A DNA stretch of 64,000 nt from Candidatus Zixiibacteriota bacterium (GCA_035380245.1 DAOSXA010000001.1:145925-209924), one strand, 5' to 3'. Positions 10,375 through 19,601 are shown, counted from the first letter of the stretch. Numbers and translations: made by a program. Notes: a model not told the origin generated them from the letters alone.

Positions 10375-10497
10375 TGCGGCGGAGACAAGCCCCGCCGCTA
10401 CGCGCTAAAGGACCCTAACCTCGCGTAGCGGGCGGCCTTGAGTCGCCCGCATTACAGTTGTGTTTTACTGAATATCCGAATGTATGACTTTTTCAAC
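10375..10497. repeat. Dispersed repeat family A, copy 1 (two conserved GC hairpins plus conserved tail)
   Basis: 123 bp alignable without gaps to 23857-23979. The stems ccgctacgcg/cgcgtagcgg and gcgggcg/cgcccgc are identical in both copies. Confidence 0.8.
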
Positions 10498-10690
10498 AGT
10501 CCCGGAGACCGGGGGCCAGCGGTGCTGCAGGTCTCGGAGAGACCGGCAATTACAATTGTCGAAACCCTCAGGTTCCGACCTTATCTCTGGATGCCGGCCT
10601 TCGCCGGCATGACGGCCGTGAGGTTAACAGTGTCAAATACCAATGATCGGCTCCCCAGTGATGCGATAGTGCCGTATTTCCCCGCATCAT

Positions 10691-10799
10691 GCCGCTTTGC
10701 CTACGGCATAATTGTCGTATATTACATCCATTATGAAGCCTTGTAGAACGAGTGGGAGTTCTCTTCTGGAAACCCTGGGCAAGCCCAGGGCCACCCGAC
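10691..10799 (+). repeat. Dispersed repeat family B, solo copy (inverted relative to 28162-28471)
   Basis: The reverse complement aligns to the 155-bp units at 28162-28471 (ggtggccctgggcttgcccagggtttccagaaga.aactccc.ctcgttctacaaggcttcataat...). Confidence 0.8.
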
Positions 10800-10875
10800 C
10801 AAGATCACGGCTATGTACCAACGCGATGCCTGGTTGATGACAGGACCACTAGGATTCCGTCCTAAGAAATAAATC

Positions 10876-12612
10876 CTACATACTCACCTTCGTAACGGTT
10901 GCTTTCTGAGTAAAGCTCACTAGCTGGCTGCCGGGAGTGTAAGTTCCCCCACTATAAAGACCGTCTACCGCCGTGCCGGTCGTGCTGCCGCCGGTGTAGA
11001 CGTTATAGGTTGATCCCGTTTTAAGCGAAGACGACGAGAACACCACCGACTGGTACGACTTGGACGGCATGAAGGTAAAGAGCGTCTCACCCGAGGTCGT
11101 TTGCAGATTAAGCAGTTTCCCCGCCCGTTGTGTGCTCCAGAAAGTCATCATGACCGAGCATTGCGATGAGGAACTCCCCGGCCCCTGTGCCATGCCGGAA
11201 CTTCCCAGGGCCAGCAGATACCCGCCGGTTATCGAAAACGAAGCATCATAATCGATAGCACCGTTGCCGGAAGAAGTAGGGCCGTTGATAATGATGATTC
11301 CGTCGGACATGCGAATGGACCCGTTGATATCAATACCGTCCCCGACCGAGGTAATCGCTATGTAGCCACCGTTGACGTACAGATAATCGCCTGAGGCTAC
11401 CGGCTGACCCGGTCCGGAATCGCCGCCGCCGGCCACGTTGATTGCGTCGTCACTCGATACGATATGCATCTCACCGCCGTTGATAGTGATATCCCCGTCC
11501 GCGCTTTCGATTCCCTCGTAACATTTTGTGATGTTTATCTTTCCATCTTCGATTGTCAAATCGCTGTCGGCATGGATACCGTCATCAGCGGAAGACAGAG
11601 TGAGTGAACCGCCGTTAACGATCAGGACATTATTGGAATGAACAGCATCGTCGGCCGCACTCACATCGATCGTGCCGCCATCGATTTGTACCAACACCTC
11701 CGCCTTGATCCCCTTAGCCGAGGCATCACCGCTGACGCTGTAGCTGCTGCCGCCGCCCGAGACTATGGAAATTGTCCCGCCCGTAATTAATGCATCGGTG
11801 GCGGCGTCGATAGCATCTCCGCCCGCCGTAATATCAACGGTGCCTTCTTCGATTGCCACATATCCCCGACCGCTATCTTCATCGTTGGTTGATTTGAGAC
11901 CGTCACCGTCGGCGTTGACCGTTACTTCTCCCCCCCTGACGATAAGATAATCCTTACCGCGAATACCGTCGTCGACCGAGGTCACTTCAACCTGTGCTCC
12001 GGCAATGATCAAACCGTCCTTGCTTGCGACGGCGTCGTTGTAATTACCATCGATGCGCAACAACCCGCCGCCGTATATCGTCAAATCGGCCTTGCTGAAC
12101 AGAGCCGCGTTTGGTTCATCTTCACCCGGGTCATCGTAGTAGTAGGATGATCCGTCAACAAGACTGCTCTCGGTTCCTTCCGGAAGGATGATCACCACTT
12201 TCTCGGCATCGGCGACATGTATCGGTGCGCTGGTAGTGCAATTTATCGATGCTCCGTTCAGGATCAGCCTTACCACTTCCTCGTCATCGGTATCGACAAT
12301 AACCTGTCCGTTGCTAAGGTTCCCATTGAAACGATATGTCCCCGCCGCAGTCACGGTCATCACGCTGCCGTTAATCTCGATTCCATCATCGTTCGCCTGA
12401 ATACTGCTGCCGTTGAACTGGACTTCGACAACCTCCGACTCATCCCAGACATAGTCGTTCAAATCTTCATGATCAGTAACATTGACCGAATCGTAGTCGT
12501 TGTTGTTGTTCTCTTCATCGTTTGTGTCCGTTACTGTATCATTGTCGCAGGCCGTCAGTGCGATTGTCGCCATGGCGCACATCAGCCACAGCCACAACTT
12601 GTTCATTTTCAT
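10876..12612 (-). CDS. Secreted parallel beta-helix lipoprotein (Cthe_2159-like carbohydrate-binding family)
   Basis: 578 aa with lipobox ALTAC. Repetitive G/D-rich beta-helix rungs (VVRLILNGASINCTTSAPIHVADAEKVVIIL; DGIRGKDYLIVRGGEVTVNADGDGLKS; DDAVHSNNVLIVNGGSLTLSSADDGIHA). Confidence 0.65.
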   Translation of the reverse strand: MKMNKLWLWLMCAMATIALTACDNDTVTDTNDEENNNNDYDSVNVTDHEDLNDYVWDESEVVEVQFNGSSIQANDDGIEINGSVMTVTAAGTYRFNGNLSNGQVIVDTDDEEVVRLILNGASINCTTSAPIHVADAEKVVIILPEGTESSLVDGSSYYYDDPGEDEPNAALFSKADLTIYGGGLLRIDGNYNDAVASKDGLIIAGAQVEVTSVDDGIRGKDYLIVRGGEVTVNADGDGLKSTNDEDSGRGYVAIEEGTVDITAGGDAIDAATDALITGGTISIVSGGGSSYSVSGDASAKGIKAEVLVQIDGGTIDVSAADDAVHSNNVLIVNGGSLTLSSADDGIHADSDLTIEDGKINITKCYEGIESADGDITINGGEMHIVSSDDAINVAGGGDSGPGQPVASGDYLYVNGGYIAITSVGDGIDINGSIRMSDGIIIINGPTSSGNGAIDYDASFSITGGYLLALGSSGMAQGPGSSSSQCSVMMTFWSTQRAGKLLNLQTTSGETLFTFMPSKSYQSVVFSSSSLKTGSTYNVYTGGSTTGTAVDGLYSGGTYTPGSQLVSFTQKATVTKVSM

Positions 12613-12683
12613 ATTCGCATTCTTTCCAGCACATTCAGGTTAAAATCCGAAACGCACATCAATGTCTATATCATGAGGGGGAA

Positions 12684-12717
12684 AGAGCCGAGCGTCGGTA
12701 GCCTGACGCACGGCTCT
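12684..12717 (-). terminator. Hairpin downstream of the CotH-family gene
   Basis: 12-bp stem with one mismatch (agagccgagcgtc/gacgcacggctct), followed on the minus strand by TTCCCCC. The U-tract is weak. Confidence 0.3.
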
Positions 12718-12802
12718 TTGGCAAGCAGAGAGCCCCCGTTATTTCTCAGTCAGTTCCGTGAACGTTATTCACGGATTTTTCTTAACTTCCTTTTCCGTTT
12801 CC

Positions 12803-15800
12803 TTACGGACATGCCACCGGCGCCGGGCCGGAGCTGAACATGTAGGAGACCAGGTAAACCAGATCAGAGATATCCGGATCGCAGCCCCCGTCTCCGTTGA
12901 TGTCCGCTTCCGCATAGTAATGGTCGATGCAAACCACTCCGTCGGGATCGTCGCATAACGGCGCCGGTCCACTCTGGAACATATAGGTTACCAGGTAAAC
13001 CAGGTCTGCGATATCGGGAGCGCCGCCGCTGTGGTTGATGTCCGCCCGGTTCAAACAGCAGTCATCACCGATCACTACGTTCGATGCTCCCGGAGTCGGT
13101 GTATCGAAGAAGATCCAACTGGAGCCGCCATCAGGCCAACGTCCCTCACTGGTATCGGTGGTCTGAGCCCCGAAGGTGTAGCTGTCGATCACTTCATTGC
13201 CTGCCGTCAGTCGCCCGAACAGACCGATTGCCTCACCACTGGCGCCTAACTTGAAATTAGCATGAAGAGGACCATCTTCACTGTCATCATCGCACCAGAC
13301 CAGCATAAATCCGCCGGCTTCCAGTGTAGTATCCGGGAAAGGCCATTGGGTGGTGTTAGCCAGGTCATCGGTTAGAAACAGGCCGGTCATATCAACCGCG
13401 TTCGGTCCGGGATTGTATATCTCGACCCAGTCTTCGTAAGAGCTGGTCTCATCCATATTGACGCCGTCGTTGTCGGCCAGGAATTCATTGATGTAGAGTG
13501 TGATCGTTTCCGGTACCACGTTCGAGGCTCCCGGCGTCGGGGTGCCAAAGAATACCCAATTACTGCTGCCGTCGGGTAAACGTCCCTCACTGGTATCGGT
13601 GGTCTGAGCTCCGAAGGTGTAGCTGTCGATCAGTTCATTACCTGCGGTCAAGCGTCCGAATATGCCGATTGATTCACCACTGGCGCCTAACTTGAAATTA
13701 GCATGAAGGGGACCGTCCTCTTCATCATTGTCACACCAGACCAGCATGAAGCCGCCGGCTTCGAGCGTAGTATCCGGGAAAGACCACTGGGTGGTGTTAG
13801 CCAGATCGTCAGTCAGGTACAGGCCGGACATATCCACCGCGTTCGGTCCGGGATTGTATATCTCCACCCAGTCTTCGTAAGAGCTGGTCTCATCCATATT
13901 GATGCTGGCGTTGTCGGCGAGGAATTCGTTGATGTAGAGCGTGACCGTTTCCGACACCACGTTCGAGGCTCCCGGGGTGGGAGTGTCGAAGAAAATCCAG
14001 TTGCTGCTGCCGTCGGGTAAACGTCCCTCACTGATGTCGGTTGTCTGGGCTCCGAAAGTATAACTGTCGATTAGTTCATTACCTGAAGCCAGTCGTCCGA
14101 ACAAGCCAATTGCCTCACCACTGGCGCCTAACTTGAAATTAGTATGAAGGGGCCCATCCTCTTCATCATCGTCACACCAGACCAGCATGAAGCCACCGGC
14201 TTCGAGCGTGGTATCCGGGAAGGACCACTGGGTGGTGTTAGTCAGATCATCGGTCAGGTACAGCCCGAGCATATTTACCGGATCAGGCCCGGGGTTGTAT
14301 ATCTCGACCCAATCTTCGTAAGAGCTGGTCTCATCCATGTTGATGCTGGCGTTGTCGGCGAGGAATTCGTTGATGTAGAGCGTGACGGTTTCCGACGCCG
14401 TGTTCGATGCTCCCGGTGTGGGCGTATCGAAGAAAACCCAGGTTGCGCCTCCGTCGGTCGACCGGCCTTCACTGGTGTCGGTTGTCTGCACTCCGAAGGT
14501 GTAGCTGTCGATCAGTTCGTTGCCCGAGGCCAGTCGTCCGAACAGACCGATCTCTTCACCGTCCCCGCTCAGTTTGAAATTGGTATGCAACGGGCCGTCT
14601 TCTTCATCGTTGTCGCACCAGACCAGCATGAAACCGCCGGCTTCGAGCGTCGTGTCCGGGAAGGACCATTGCGTGGTGTTGGTCAGGTCGTCGGTCAGGA
14701 ACAGGCCAAGCATGTCAACCGGGTCCGGTCCGGGATTGTATATCTCGACCCAGTCCTCGTAGGTGTCGGTCTCATCCATGATGACACTGTCGTTGAGGGC
14801 GAGGAATTCGTTGATATACAGGACTACCGTTTCGGGATTGCTGGAGTTTTGATTCTCAGCGCCGGGAGTGGCAACACTCATCAATTGCCAGGCCCCGGTG
14901 CCGTTAGCCCAGCGACCCCAACTCACATCGGAGGCCAGCGCCGGGAATGTCACCTGATCGACCACAACATCGTCGTCAATCAGAAAAACTTCTTCGCCGT
15001 CGCCGTCCAGTTTGAACGGGGCGTGAAGACTACCCTCGCCCGGCTCTTCATCCGCCCATACCACGATGTACTCGCCGGGCTGGAGGGTAGTATCGGGAAA
15101 CACATAATCGGGGCTGCCTTCCCAATGGTCGGTCAGTCCGAGTCCGTTAAGCGAAATAGCACTTTCGCTGATATTGGCTACTTCGATCCAATCATCGAAA
15201 TCACCGAATTCGTCCGATGCCGTCGTGTTGTTGGAGGCCATCAGTTCGTTGATTACCAGTCCGTCGATCCGTGTCCAGGAGCCAATCAGGTTGGTCAAAT
15301 AGGTATGACGGGCCTGGATAAAAGGTTGCAAGCCGGGAGCAGCCATACCGCCGCCGCCGCCCGGGCCACCGCCGATGTCGGTTGTCATGGCATTCTCGAA
15401 CTGGGTGGTTGTGTACATGCAGTTGGGATCGGCATAAACGTAGGGTCTTACCAGATCGCGCAGTTCTTCCATCCGGGCAAACAGGGTGTCGGGATAAGCC
15501 GGACCCGCCATGAGCTTTTTCATGTGCCCCAGGTAGAGGTAATCATAAGCGGAAATCTGATAAAATCGTTCGGCCAACGGTCGTTCCTGGCCGAACTGCT
15601 GATTGTAATAATACGGTGATAATTGTTTTAACTGTGTTGAGGTCATGCCGTCATTATACACGCCCCAGGCCATATTCAAGTCCCATTTGGCGAAAACCAT
15701 GCGGTCATCGACATCACGGTGATACACGTAGTAGTTGGCGCAACGCCCGACATAACTGTCAAGATTGACCGTAAAATTGTCGATCGCCAGCATCGCCATA

Positions 15801-16552
15801 GCGGAGTTGACATCGACTATGTTATGCATCGTATCAGGAAGCATCGCCAGCGAAGTGTTGTTGAGCACGTCACAGAACTCGATCAGATCCGACCAGTCGT
15901 TTTCCTCTTCATTGGTCTTTAGTTCGTAAGAACTGTAATAGGATGACTGGTTGGTGCCGAGATATTCGAGCGAACCGTGATCGTCACCTTTCCAGAGATT
16001 GCCTTCTTCGCTCTCACCGTAACGGCTCTCGATCATTTCCTGATCGAACTGCTCAACCAGTACATAGACACCCCATAAGGTGCCGTTGATATACAGGTTG
16101 GCGTAGTTGGTGCGAACCGTCGCCAGGCCGAGCGCTTCACATAACTCGTAAGCGCAAATTTCACGTACGAAGCTGGGATCGGAATAACAGTTATTCAGGT
16201 TGAGTTTATCTAAACCGTAAACAGTCTGTCCTTCGACGTATTCGTCGATATCCAGCTTGAACGGTTTCTTCACTCCCGGATAGGAATAGCTGCTCAATCC
16301 CTTAAAACGCACCCCGATACTGTCGAAGTGCACATCTTCCCAGTCGAACTGAGCCGCGATGTATGGGATGTCGTCATAATGCTCGTAGTTATAAGCACAT
16401 AGATCGTACCAGTTGCTATCGTAGAAAGTAAGGTGAATTTCATGTACGGCGTCGCCGTCGAACATGGGATGGGTGCCTGGCGCCAGACTGGCCGACAGTA
16501 CCGGCGACAGCAGCAATACAAGCAGACAGGTTAGGGTCAGTTTCCTATGCAT
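12803..16552 (-). CDS. Secreted CotH-family kinase-like protein with five lamin-tail domains and C-terminal dockerin-like repeats
   Basis: 1249 aa.
- Signal peptide: LLVLLLSPVLSASLA.
- CotH-type N-terminal domain: KKPFKLDIDEY...LNLNNCYSDPSFVREICAYELC...LYINGTLWGVYVLVEQ.
- Gly-rich linker.
- 5 LTD repeats: LYINEFLA..DWVEIYNPGP..LYLTDD..FMLVWCD..FKL.
- 2 EF-hand/dockerin-like repeats: DINGDGGCDPDISDLVYLVSYMF. Confidence 0.85.
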   Translation of the reverse strand: MHRKLTLTCLLVLLLSPVLSASLAPGTHPMFDGDAVHEIHLTFYDSNWYDLCAYNYEHYDDIPYIAAQFDWEDVHFDSIGVRFKGLSSYSYPGVKKPFKLDIDEYVEGQTVYGLDKLNLNNCYSDPSFVREICAYELCEALGLATVRTNYANLYINGTLWGVYVLVEQFDQEMIESRYGESEEGNLWKGDDHGSLEYLGTNQSSYYSSYELKTNEEENDWSDLIEFCDVLNNTSLAMLPDTMHNIVDVNSAMAMLAIDNFTVNLDSYVGRCANYYVYHRDVDDRMVFAKWDLNMAWGVYNDGMTSTQLKQLSPYYYNQQFGQERPLAERFYQISAYDYLYLGHMKKLMAGPAYPDTLFARMEELRDLVRPYVYADPNCMYTTTQFENAMTTDIGGGPGGGGGMAAPGLQPFIQARHTYLTNLIGSWTRIDGLVINELMASNNTTASDEFGDFDDWIEVANISESAISLNGLGLTDHWEGSPDYVFPDTTLQPGEYIVVWADEEPGEGSLHAPFKLDGDGEEVFLIDDDVVVDQVTFPALASDVSWGRWANGTGAWQLMSVATPGAENQNSSNPETVVLYINEFLALNDSVIMDETDTYEDWVEIYNPGPDPVDMLGLFLTDDLTNTTQWSFPDTTLEAGGFMLVWCDNDEEDGPLHTNFKLSGDGEEIGLFGRLASGNELIDSYTFGVQTTDTSEGRSTDGGATWVFFDTPTPGASNTASETVTLYINEFLADNASINMDETSSYEDWVEIYNPGPDPVNMLGLYLTDDLTNTTQWSFPDTTLEAGGFMLVWCDDDEEDGPLHTNFKLGASGEAIGLFGRLASGNELIDSYTFGAQTTDISEGRLPDGSSNWIFFDTPTPGASNVVSETVTLYINEFLADNASINMDETSSYEDWVEIYNPGPNAVDMSGLYLTDDLANTTQWSFPDTTLEAGGFMLVWCDNDEEDGPLHANFKLGASGESIGIFGRLTAGNELIDSYTFGAQTTDTSEGRLPDGSSNWVFFGTPTPGASNVVPETITLYINEFLADNDGVNMDETSSYEDWVEIYNPGPNAVDMTGLFLTDDLANTTQWPFPDTTLEAGGFMLVWCDDDSEDGPLHANFKLGASGEAIGLFGRLTAGNEVIDSYTFGAQTTDTSEGRWPDGGSSWIFFDTPTPGASNVVIGDDCCLNRADINHSGGAPDIADLVYLVTYMFQSGPAPLCDDPDGVVCIDHYYAEADINGDGGCDPDISDLVYLVSYMFSSGPAPVACP
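13073..15271 (-). repeat. Intragenic tandem array encoding the 5 LTD repeats (441-bp period)
   Basis: Protein repeats start at residues 574, 721, 868 and 1015, an exact 147-aa spacing. A DNA motif at 13141 recurs at 13582. The four proximal units look roughly 85-90% identical by eye. The fifth (14834-15271) is diverged. Confidence 0.85.
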
Positions 16553-16593
16553 GATTCTTCTCCTCTGTAGTAGCAGTTGACCTCAATATAATA

Positions 16594-17268
16594 CTAAAAT
16601 TTCTCTTCGTCGAAAAATAAGCTAACTCCGCGCAGATCACGCAGATGTTTCAATTCGCTAATGAATTCGTTGCTTCGGTTTTCCTGTCGCAATTGAACGT
16701 AGTAGGCCAGCTCCAGGGTATCCGATGCTCCCGAGGACCTCACATTGATGACCTTGTGATGTCGACAATGTTTATCCATAACCGATAAATACGGCGGTGA
16801 GGTATCCCCGTTGGGCGTATAGAAAAACTGAAGCAGATATTCTCTTTTTTGTGGTACTCCGACCGCTGCTTTCGACAACAAATAAACGATCAGACCGATT
16901 ACCAGAGCACCGAGGATTGCCAGTCGATGATAACCGACACCGGCTGCCATTCCCACCGCAAGGCCGAAAAATATAAAAATGATATCGCGAGTTTCTTTCA
17001 CGGCAGTCCGAAAACGGATGATCGACATCGCCCCCACTAATCCAAACGCCCGGGCGAGATTGTTGCCGATCACCATTATCACCAGCGCCGTAATCATCGA
17101 CAGCAAAACAATCGAATGCGCAAAGTTGGCGGAATAACCCGGCCCCTGTTGTGTCCGTCGATAGAGCCAGGCTATGAACAAACTACATATAAGGGCTACA
17201 ATGATGTTTACAATGATATCTGCTGTTGTCGTAGGGAACAGGTTCAATCCCTGCAGGTCGTTAAACAT
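16594..17268 (-). CDS. DUF4956-like integral membrane protein
   Basis: 224 aa, about 4 TM segments. Conserved-looking ARAFGLVGAMSIIRFRTAVKETRDIIFIF, plus a soluble C-terminal domain. Its start overlaps the VTC gene stop by 8 nt. Confidence 0.65.
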   Translation of the reverse strand: MFNDLQGLNLFPTTTADIIVNIIVALICSLFIAWLYRRTQQGPGYSANFAHSIVLLSMITALVIMVIGNNLARAFGLVGAMSIIRFRTAVKETRDIIFIFFGLAVGMAAGVGYHRLAILGALVIGLIVYLLSKAAVGVPQKREYLLQFFYTPNGDTSPPYLSVMDKHCRHHKVINVRSSGASDTLELAYYVQLRQENRSNEFISELKHLRDLRGVSLFFDEEKF

Positions 17269-18073
17269 AGCGAGCCCCTCGTGGGTTAGTCATGTTCACG
17301 GCTCTCCCTGTTGTAGAATCGTCAAATGACCGTAGATGAGCACTTGAACAGCGACCGTGTGAATCCAGGCATATTGCATATTTCGAAAGAGCCAGTCGTG
17401 GCAGTTGATAACGTTCGATAAGCGACATGATCCATTGAGGAAGACCGCCGGCAAATTTAACTTCCATTATGAAATAACCGGGAAGAGCACTTCTCAGCGG
17501 CTCGTCGCTGAAGAGATCCTCAAGCGAAGGGAAAGGATTGCTGCGGATATTCTTATCGAATGTAATACGGAGAGCATGATCGAAGACACCTTGAAATGCC
17601 TCGCGTTCGTATACGATCAATATCGTCGACCCGAGAGCGAAACGATGGAAATTATAAAGGAAGCGAGCGGCATTATTAAGCGAATCACCGTTGCTGTCGT
17701 CGGCGAGGATGTATCTTTCCGGAGTATGTGAACTTAACACCGATGGAACATCCTTCCACCGCAACGCCGCTCGGTTCTTGGCTATGTAATTGACCTGTTT
17801 ACGTTTGATCTCCAAAAATACTATGTTGTCGTTGGCTGGGCGATCGTAGCCCCGTATGCGAAACTTCTTACGTGTTTTCAGTCCCTCAATTTTTTCGCAA
17901 TAACAGGCCATGTGCCTGGTGTCGAAGTAAATACTGCGAACGGTGTATTCATGTTCGGCCCTGTCTCGGGCGAAGGGATCGAATTCGACGAATGGCCTGA
18001 TTTCATCGCGAATCGTATCCCGTAGATAGTCAGGAACGAGGTACTTGTATTCGAGACGAAACGGTGCTTCCAT
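17261..18073 (-). CDS. VTC-domain (triphosphate tunnel metalloenzyme, polyphosphate-polymerase-like) protein
   Basis: The likely start MEAPFRLEYKYLV is the ATG at 18073, which overlaps the upstream TGA. Basic beta-strand pattern typical of VTC/CYTH tunnels (LEYKY, VRSIYFDT, RKKFRIRGY, FLEIKRK, LRITFDKNIR, FIMEVKF). Confidence 0.72.
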   Translation of the reverse strand: MEAPFRLEYKYLVPDYLRDTIRDEIRPFVEFDPFARDRAEHEYTVRSIYFDTRHMACYCEKIEGLKTRKKFRIRGYDRPANDNIVFLEIKRKQVNYIAKNRAALRWKDVPSVLSSHTPERYILADDSNGDSLNNAARFLYNFHRFALGSTILIVYEREAFQGVFDHALRITFDKNIRSNPFPSLEDLFSDEPLRSALPGYFIMEVKFAGGLPQWIMSLIERYQLPRLALSKYAICLDSHGRCSSAHLRSFDDSTTGRAVNMTNPRGARYV

Positions 18074-19200
18074 CAGAAAATCCCCGCTGCTGATATGAGG
18101 ATTTCTTTGGCTCCCTGCGCAATGCTCTTGGATCCGCAACGTACGTCACATTGTATCACCGTACCGGGGGGTGGGGTGTTGGTGCTGAACGGGACCTGGG
18201 CCAGGGCATAAGCTACCTGTCTGCCTTCCAGCACTTGTACTTGTTCTTCAACCCGTTTTAACTTAGCTGTCCCCGTGTATATATCCGACTGCCACCCTAT
18301 TATCACTGAATCGGAACTCGCTACTGTTCGGCTGTCGTTCCACTCCAGGGCCAATAATGCCAAACGATCGGAGTCATCATGGATTATCAGTACAGTATCG
18401 GTTACCTGTGCCCTGCAGATCATACCCGTGATAGGAGCGATGATGGTAAAGGACGCAATCCGCTCCTCAAGAACAGAGATTTGTTCCTTGAGCCCGGCAA
18501 TTTGCGTACGAATCATGTCTAATTCTTCGGCCTTGGCGCCGGCTCGAGCTTCCGTTAATTTGGCTGAGGCAAGGTCTCGGTCAAGTTCAAGCAGGGTTAA
18601 TTCGCCTTTGGCCACCTCATATTCCTCCGGCGAAACCATACCACGTTCTTGAAGAGCTTCCAGGCGGTCAACCACCCGTTTCTTATCATCCGCGGCTGCC
18701 GAGGCATACTGTTCTTCGCATTCAGCCACGCGGATTTCTTCCGGTCTCACCCCGGATGCACTGACCTTCAAGTTGGCCTGCGCCAATGCCAGCTCCGATC
18801 TGAGTCGAGTCAGTTCTTCAGTTGCCTCACTTGCTTGAAGATAACCGATGGTATCACCGAAATTGACATGACCTCTCAGCAGTACTCGATCATCAATTGT
18901 CAAACCGATCTGGCCTTCGGTCGAGGCCTGAAATACGACATAAGATTCGACCGATCCGGTGTAGTTGTTACGCAGCGTGGCCGCAAGCTGGCCATCGTTG
19001 CCGCGTACCAGAACCCAACTGCGGGCGGCCAGGATACGGCCAACCGCATGATAAGTACAGGGGATCTTGATCGGTACTACCAACAGTCCAACGACTATCA
19101 GTAAAAAAATGAGAAACAAATACGGGCGTTTGTTTGTCACTCTCAAGAAATCTGCCAGCCTTGTGTGATCGTGTAAAAACGATTGTGTGATGAGACGCAA
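18073..19200 (-). CDS. HlyD-family periplasmic adaptor (membrane fusion protein)
   Basis: 375 aa. N-terminal TM anchor, a long coiled-coil hairpin (LTRLRSELALAQANL...ELDMIRTQIAGLKEQISVLEERI), the lipoyl-like APITGMI motif, and a C-terminal beta domain. Confidence 0.6.
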   Translation of the reverse strand: MRLITQSFLHDHTRLADFLRVTNKRPYLFLIFLLIVVGLLVVPIKIPCTYHAVGRILAARSWVLVRGNDGQLAATLRNNYTGSVESYVVFQASTEGQIGLTIDDRVLLRGHVNFGDTIGYLQASEATEELTRLRSELALAQANLKVSASGVRPEEIRVAECEEQYASAAADDKKRVVDRLEALQERGMVSPEEYEVAKGELTLLELDRDLASAKLTEARAGAKAEELDMIRTQIAGLKEQISVLEERIASFTIIAPITGMICRAQVTDTVLIIHDDSDRLALLALEWNDSRTVASSDSVIIGWQSDIYTGTAKLKRVEEQVQVLEGRQVAYALAQVPFSTNTPPPGTVIQCDVRCGSKSIAQGAKEILISAAGIF

Positions 19201-19601
19201 CCGGTATTACTAACTCGCTTCGGCTTGATTATACCGACACCTGTGATATATCCATCTTGCCAACGTTTACGCTTAACAATGTCTGAAGAGAACTACGCTT
19301 GCCGAAGCTTCTCTCCAATTGGACGACATCCTGTCCGGATACTTGCGTTATCAAAGGTGAAAAGCCGCACCCCTGGCCGATTTATGACTTGTTGCAAGAC
19401 AATACGTTACACGCTTGAAAGAGGTGACGAGGACAACTGTTTTGTATCAATCGGCACGATTATGCCTGTTTAATCCCTATTGAACACCTGGTTGGATTCT
19501 ATTGCAGCAGAATCTGCGCTGGAAGGTCAATATCTCACGTAACAGACCACTTGGCGTAATCCGTTTTTCTGCCTCCCATATATATGCTGCTTTTCAGATT
19601 T

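Noticed and set aside
10491-10496. Conserved TTGAAA (minus strand) in both family A repeats, considered as a -35 element
   Set aside because: The best downstream -10 candidates (TATTCA and TATTCT at 16 nt) lack the invariant final T. The evidence is not enough to call a promoter.
12756-12774. Hairpin ccgtgaa-cgtta-ttcacgg followed by ATTTTT, considered as the terminator for the CotH gene
   Set aside because: The T-run is on the plus strand, but all neighbouring genes are on the minus strand. On the minus strand the hairpin has no U-tract.
14144-15619. 491-aa plus-strand ORF
   Set aside because: It is antisense to the CotH-LTD gene and mirrors its tandem repeats. It has a low-complexity R/G/V-rich translation, no SD and no recognisable family. 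It is a shadow ORF.
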